Part shown: one piece after another, positions 48,598-53,780 of the stretch | Position numbering within the stretch: the first letter of the stretch is position 1 | How the letters are laid out: each line of letters begins with the position of its first letter | Assembly (NCBI GenBank): GCA_001275005.1 | Contig: JWZX01003390.1 | Span: 1 to 53,780, forward strand | Source: Chrysochromulina tobinii | Taxonomy: Eukaryota | Reading direction: 5' to 3' | DNA length: 53,780 nt | Notes under the pieces: generated by a model | The model's database searches: none | What the model was told of the DNA's origin: nothing | The model's input: only the letters and a program-made list of their open reading frames with translations | Position numbers and translations under genes: made by a program

Positions 48598-50364
48598 ATG
48601 CGACACCCCCCCCCCCCGCCGCCGCCGCCGACATCATTCGAATCCTTCGCCAGTGAGCTTTGGGCCGAGGTGCTCAAGAAGTTGTTGACGCCTGCGGATG
48701 TTTGCTCAGCGCGAGCTACGTGCGTCGTGTGGCGCACAGCCTGCCACGATCACGAGGATGCCATCTGGGACGCAGTTTGCAAAAGCCCTCGCCTTGCGCC
48801 GTATATCCTCGGGGGATTCTCCGGGAGGCTCCCACCACCGAGGGAGCTGTGCGGGGAAGATCGCTGCAAGGCAGCGATCTCGAATAGGCGACGTTGGGCA
48901 AGTCGTCGAGTCCTGCAGCAGAGGTTTGCCTTTCCGTCGTACGTGCGCTGCGTAAAGGTGGACTGGAAGGCGAAATTGTTCGCCGCTGGACTGTATGATG
49001 GACGCGTATTCATCGTCTCGCTGCACGACGATGAGGCACGAGATCACGCCAATCGCCAGCCCAGGCTCGCTGGCGATGGACATCACGTCGATGAAGTCCT
49101 TGCGCTCGACATCGCCGGCATCTTCCTGTTGAGCACCTCTGGTCAGCCAAGCTACTACGACCAGCCTGCCACGACGAGCACGCTGCGGATCGTCAGCCTG
49201 GAATCGTCTCCGTTGGAGCACCTGATTGGCCTGGGCGAGCTGGGCGCTCGCCACGGCGGACACACCGATTCCATCAACGCCGTAAGGGTCGTTGCCTACG
49301 CGTTCGACGGGGCCAAGCACTCGTGCACCGCGGTGACAGCCTCGTCCGACAGCACCCTCATCGTCTGGGATATCTGTGCACAAAAGGCGATCCGAACGAT
49401 GCGCGCGGCAGCTCCAGTACGGGCACTAGAGACGATCAGCAACACGTCCACCGGTGACGAAGCCCCAGCTGCCGCCGCGACACTCCTCTCCTGTAGTCTC
49501 GACGGGAGAGTCACGGAATGGGACTGGCAACGCGGCCTCAAGCTCCGCACGATCCTCAAGGGTCTACCGCCACTGTCGGCGATGAGCTTCCATGCGTCCA
49601 GCAGCACAATTGCGCTCGGCGACCAGCACGGCGCTCTCTCCGTGTACCGGCTCAATCCCCACCGAGTCCGTGTGGGAAGTGCCTCGCCTGTGGGAAGTGC
49701 CTCGCCTGCTGCGGGAAGTGCCTCGTCAAGTGCCTACCCACGGCCTCCCTCCGATTCGAGAGTGGATCTCGTTCACGAGGACCAGCAGCTCAATGCATAT
49801 CTCCTTCTTGGGCCATACGGAACTCGCCCCGGGCCCCCGCGTGCGAAACTCGAGGTGGCGACTGTGAAACACGACGCGGACAAGCTCGTCTATGCCGCGC
49901 GTACTGGTCAGCTGAGGGTCATCCGCTTCGACGAGCTGCCAGATGAAGGCTGCCCGTTTGGGATCTACACGGACGGAAGAGCCGTGCGCAGTGGGAAGGC
50001 ACTTGACGAGGCACTCGTGGGCAGGCGGACAAAGGTAGAGTCGCTCAAAGCCTATGACTGCCGAATGTATGTGAGCAGTGTCGATTATCAGGGCGGAGTG
50101 CTCATCGCGGACGGCTTTGACAATGTGGTGGTCGTGATGACCATGCAGGACGACGAGGATGGTGGCGGTGGCGGCGCTCGTCAGCGCGCTCGTGATCTGA
50201 GCGATCAGACGACCCACTCACGCACTGCAGACCCCTTGGAACGGGAAGACGAGGACGACGAGGACGACGAGGACGACGAGGACGGCGAGGACGGCGAGGA
50301 CGACGAGGACGACGAGGACGACGAGGACGACGAGGACGACGAGGACGACGAGGTAGAAGATTAA
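48598..50364 (+). CDS. F-box/WD40 protein with an acidic (EDD)n tail
   Basis: FASELWAEVLKKLLTPADVCSARATCVVWR (F-box), GHTDSINAV...TASSDSTLIVWD and SCSLDGRVTEWD (WD40), (GAGGACGAC)n tail. Confidence 0.85.
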   Translation: MRHPPPPPPPPTSFESFASELWAEVLKKLLTPADVCSARATCVVWRTACHDHEDAIWDAVCKSPRLAPYILGGFSGRLPPPRELCGEDRCKAAISNRRRWASRRVLQQRFAFPSYVRCVKVDWKAKLFAAGLYDGRVFIVSLHDDEARDHANRQPRLAGDGHHVDEVLALDIAGIFLLSTSGQPSYYDQPATTSTLRIVSLESSPLEHLIGLGELGARHGGHTDSINAVRVVAYAFDGAKHSCTAVTASSDSTLIVWDICAQKAIRTMRAAAPVRALETISNTSTGDEAPAAAATLLSCSLDGRVTEWDWQRGLKLRTILKGLPPLSAMSFHASSSTIALGDQHGALSVYRLNPHRVRVGSASPVGSASPAAGSASSSAYPRPPSDSRVDLVHEDQQLNAYLLLGPYGTRPGPPRAKLEVATVKHDADKLVYAARTGQLRVIRFDELPDEGCPFGIYTDGRAVRSGKALDEALVGRRTKVESLKAYDCRMYVSSVDYQGGVLIADGFDNVVVVMTMQDDEDGGGGGARQRARDLSDQTTHSRTADPLEREDEDDEDDEDDEDGEDGEDDEDDEDDEDDEDDEDDEVED

Positions 50365-50822
50365 GAGGCCGAAGGGCAGGTGCAGTGCGTGTCGGTTGTT
50401 GGGAAGTGGAAGCCGGCGTTCGGAAGAGCATTGGGTGTGTGTACGGTCTGGAGTACATGTCGTGTATATAGACTGTGGGTCCTATCGGTATCGCGCGCCG
50501 GGATCTCTTCCCGCCATCACGTCAGCACATGCAACCCCCGCCCACCCGACCTGGGACTGGAGACGGGTCGTGGACGGGAGGCTGGCGACATGGCGTGGCG
50601 GGTGGAGCGCGCGATCCGCGGATTGCGCGCGATTTGCGTATGATCGCTTGACGCGGAAGGAGTGCGAGGAAGTGCGAGTTGTTGAATAAATCACTCTTGT
50701 GAAAGGACAAGGTCGAAGCTACTCCATGCGCATGGCGCCGTGTCAGCGGTCGAGGACCCCATCTGCAAGTCCCCAGACCGCCCGGGTTCAGTGTCGAGGT
50801 TCAGTGCTGTGTAGGCAAGGTC

Positions 50823-53502
50823 TCACCAGGCCTTACCCGTGGTGTCGATGGACTCGTTGGTAGCAACTAGCGGTTCGACCGGCTCCGGCTCTGTGCCTAA
50901 GCGCTGACCTAAGCCGGCCGCTAGCTTGCGCAGCCAGAGCGGTTCGAAGCGAGGCAGGCCAATCTTCTGCGCGCGTGCAAACGAGTCGTCGTGGCGTGCC
51001 GACACGGCGCGTCCGTTGAGCTCGAAGCCATCGAGCAAGCGCACCACCTTGTGCGCTTCGCGTGCGGAGCGCACGAAGACTAGACCGATCCCTTTCGAAC
51101 GGCCGAACCGATCGGCGCCCACCCAGACGGGTGGCACCACGCCGGGCGGCAGCCGACCTGAGGTGCGATCGAGCTCATTAGGAGGCAATCAGAGCTCATC
51201 AAGAGGCAATCAGAGCTCATCAGGAGGCGGACCTGAGGTGCGATCGAGCTCATCAGGAGGCAATCAGAGCTCATCAAGAGGCCATCAGAGCTCATCAGGA
51301 GGCGGACCTGAGGTGCGATCGAGCTCGACAAGCAGCGCCGTGCCGGGCGCGCCCTTGCCTGGCGCACCCTCCGCCGGCGCGGTGGCGCCGGTAGGCTGCA
51401 GTAGCCGCGGCAGCGAGGCCCCCAGCCCGAGCGGATCGGATGCCCAATCGACGCCGTTCACAGCGCTCGCCGCAGCGCTCGCCGCAGCGCTTTCCGCAGC
51501 GCTCGCCGCAGCGCTCGCCGCGGCGCTCGTCGCAGCGCTCGCCGCAGCGCTCGCCGTGGCCGCCACGGCCGCTGCCGACGTCGCCACCGCCGCCTTATCC
51601 GCGGCAGCCTCGCCGGACGCGACGGCCTCGTCGGCTGCAGCCTCGCTGCTGCTGCGACAGTCGCTCTCGAAATCCTCTTCCAAGATGACACCAGTGCTGC
51701 TGCCGCTGCCGCTGCCGCTGCCGCTGCCGCTGCCGCTGCCGCTGCCGCTGCTGCCTCTTCTGCCTCTGCGGCTGTCGTCGGGTAAGACGCCGTTCAGAAA
51801 GGCGTCCGCGACGTCCTCGACGCGCAGCGCGATCGCGCGGCGTGCGAGCTTGCCCATCTCGGCGTCATTGACGAACTCATCCGCAACCTCCTCGATCCGC
51901 TCCGCAATCACCCGTCGCAGGTGCGCTGCCCGCAGCTCGTGCGGCAAGTTGCGCAGGACCACACGATGCTCACGCAGCGCCGGCGCACCTGCGGGTCGCC
52001 GTGACCGCCGCTTGCCCTTCTCGGCCGCCGCGGCCGCCGCGCGTGCTGCCAGTTTGGCGCGGGCGCGGGCAGCCTCGTTCACGGAGGCGAGATACGCGCG
52101 GTGCCGATCGATCGTCAGCTGGCGCGCTGCGTCGGCCACCTGTGCAGGAGGAGCGTGGGGCGTCGTTGTGAGCACTTGCATGCGTCGAGGGCGGTCCGAT
52201 CCGTTGGGAGCGGGCGCGCCGTCCCGGGCGCGCCGTCTCGGGCACCTTTCGATCATCGTCTTCCTTCTCTCGCCGAGAGGCCATCTCCTCCTGCAGCAGG
52301 GCGTTCTCGAGCTCGACGAGCAACGACGAGTCGATCGCGTCCACTGGCGGCAGCTCCACGAGCGCCCCCTCGCTCGACGCAGGCACGCCCGCGCGTCGAT
52401 CAAACTCAACGAGCAGCGCGCGCCCGCCCAGCATCGTCTGATTCATGACCTCGAGGGCTCGTGCGGCGCTGCTCACGTCGGGGAAGCGAACCGTCGCGAA
52501 GCCCATCGCACGACCCGCGCTATCCCTGGGCACGTTGCACCACACGCTCTGGCTCGGCGCGGGCACACCGCCCGCCGCCCCAAAGGCATCACGCAGCTCC
52601 GTCGGCTGCACCGTCCACGACAAGTTTGCGACCCAGAGCAAGCGCCCCGCAATCGGCGGAGTGATCGCCTGCGCGAGCGTCCGGCTTCGGCTCCGGTTCT
52701 GGTCGGCCGGCCCCGCTGGGCTGCTTGGCGCCTGAACGGGCGCGCGCACGGGCGCCGCCGGGCGCACGACCAGAGTGGTCGGCAACCGACCACCGTGCGC
52801 TACGACTCGCCTGTGAAGCAGCTTGCGCGCGCGCTCAGCCTGCGCGACGGAGGCGAGCTCGACGAAGCCCCATCCCTTCGATGAGCCGTCACTGCTGAGC
52901 ATGAGCGACACCTCGAGCACCGGCGACACCTCGTGCGGCAGCGCCACGCCGTCGAAGAGACGCGCGATCTCCGCCTCCGTCATCCCAAACGGAATGCCGC
53001 CCACGAAGAGGCGGCAAGGGCCCACGCCACGGCTCCACGAGGCCACGCGCGGCTCGACCGCCTGCGCGAGGCGTGCGCTCCGCGCAAACTCCTCCTCCTC
53101 CGCGCGCCGCCGGTCCCGCTCCTCCTCCAAGGCCGTGTAATTCTTCTCGAATGTAGTGAACGCGTCCGCGAGGGCGCCGGACAGCGATGCGGCTCCTTCC
53201 GTCTGCCGCCGTAGCTTGAGCTCAGCGAGCTTGTTCTCAAAGTTGCGGAACGTCTCCTTCATCGCCTGCGCGGTCTCGTCGGGCTCATCCTCTCCAGCCT
53301 GCAGCCGTGCGTACCGCTCCTCGAATTTGCGAAAGGCGGCAGCGAGCTTCTCGTTCGTCGTCGGCCCGTCGCCCGCGCTGGTCACAGGCCGGTGGCGGTC
53401 GAAGGCCGGCAGCGGATGCAATCGCACGGAGAGCGGGCGATTTGCCAAACTCCATGCGGCCGCGGCAGCGACCGAAATTGAGAAGAAAAGGACCTCGCGC
53501 AT
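50823..53502 (-). CDS. Multi-RRM RNA-binding protein with signal peptide (possibly plastid-targeted); exons 53502..52246, 52139..51308, 51157..50823
   Basis: RLFVGGIP/SKGWGFVEL, LWVANLSW/MGFATVRF, VVLRNLP/SKGIGLV. GT-AG introns 52140..52245 and 51158..51307 join three ORFs in frame. Confidence 0.85.
51158..51307 (-). repeat. Intron made of two tandem 75-nt GT...AG units
   Basis: Units 51233..51307 and 51158..51232 differ at about 2 positions. Each ends in a copy of the upstream exon end GAGCTCGATCGCACCTCAG. Confidence 0.85.
52140..52245 (-). mobile_element. Introner-like 106-nt GT-AG intron
   Basis: Shares its 3' module with 30112..30191 and its 5' segment with 10567..10666. Confidence 0.6.
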
Positions 53503-53698
53503 CACGCTCGACGATCGAGTCACGCACAAAGCGCTCGTGAAGACGCGTGATGGAAAAGGATTCCTTGTCCTTCGCGCGTTTGCCGGCGATTTGTGCACTT
53601 GGTTGGTCAAACCTGTATGATAAATGAGGAGCTGCTGAAGTTCCATGTATTTGAACAGTTGAAAGATGATGATCCCCCCACTGCCCACTCACGGGTCA

Positions 53699-53780
53699 GG
53701 GGGGGTTTGTTATCGAGTTTGGGGGGGGTTGTTATCAGGATACGTATCCTGATGTATTGTGATGTATCCTGCGTGTATCC
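53699..53780. mobile_element. Second, inverted copy of the GATAC-rich element terminus, truncated by the window edge
   Basis: Reverse complement of 65..146, 80/82 identical. Confidence 0.65.

Overview
GC-rich, gene-dense eukaryotic nuclear DNA with short GT-AG introns. The gene content and style suggest a flagellated microalga, most likely a haptophyte (inference). About 27 protein-coding genes can be supported, including an NHL-BTB protein, an EF-hand protein, a Cys-repeat DnaJ, MNS1, CWC27, GPD, an OYE-family flavin oxidoreductase, two transporters, PP2C, GH32, a CNG/KCNH-like channel, a SET protein, a GT28 glycosyltransferase, a SAP-like/ADP-ribosyltransferase and F-box/WD40 and RRM proteins. 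Most other ORFs in the track are GC-driven shadows. Main leads: (1) introns in unrelated genes share sequence modules and are flanked by duplications of the adjacent exon (up to 22 bp), suggesting an introner-like intron-generating system; (2) both window ends carry the same 82-bp element terminus in inverted orientation; (3) the NHL array is homogenised but has hypervariable codons; (4) a lower-GC, intronless gene joins two SAP-like domains to an R-S-E ADP-ribosyltransferase; (5) the OYE gene is compositionally foreign and TCGA-free; (6) the channel has a non-canonical pore. Family calls come from motif recognition by eye, not database searches.
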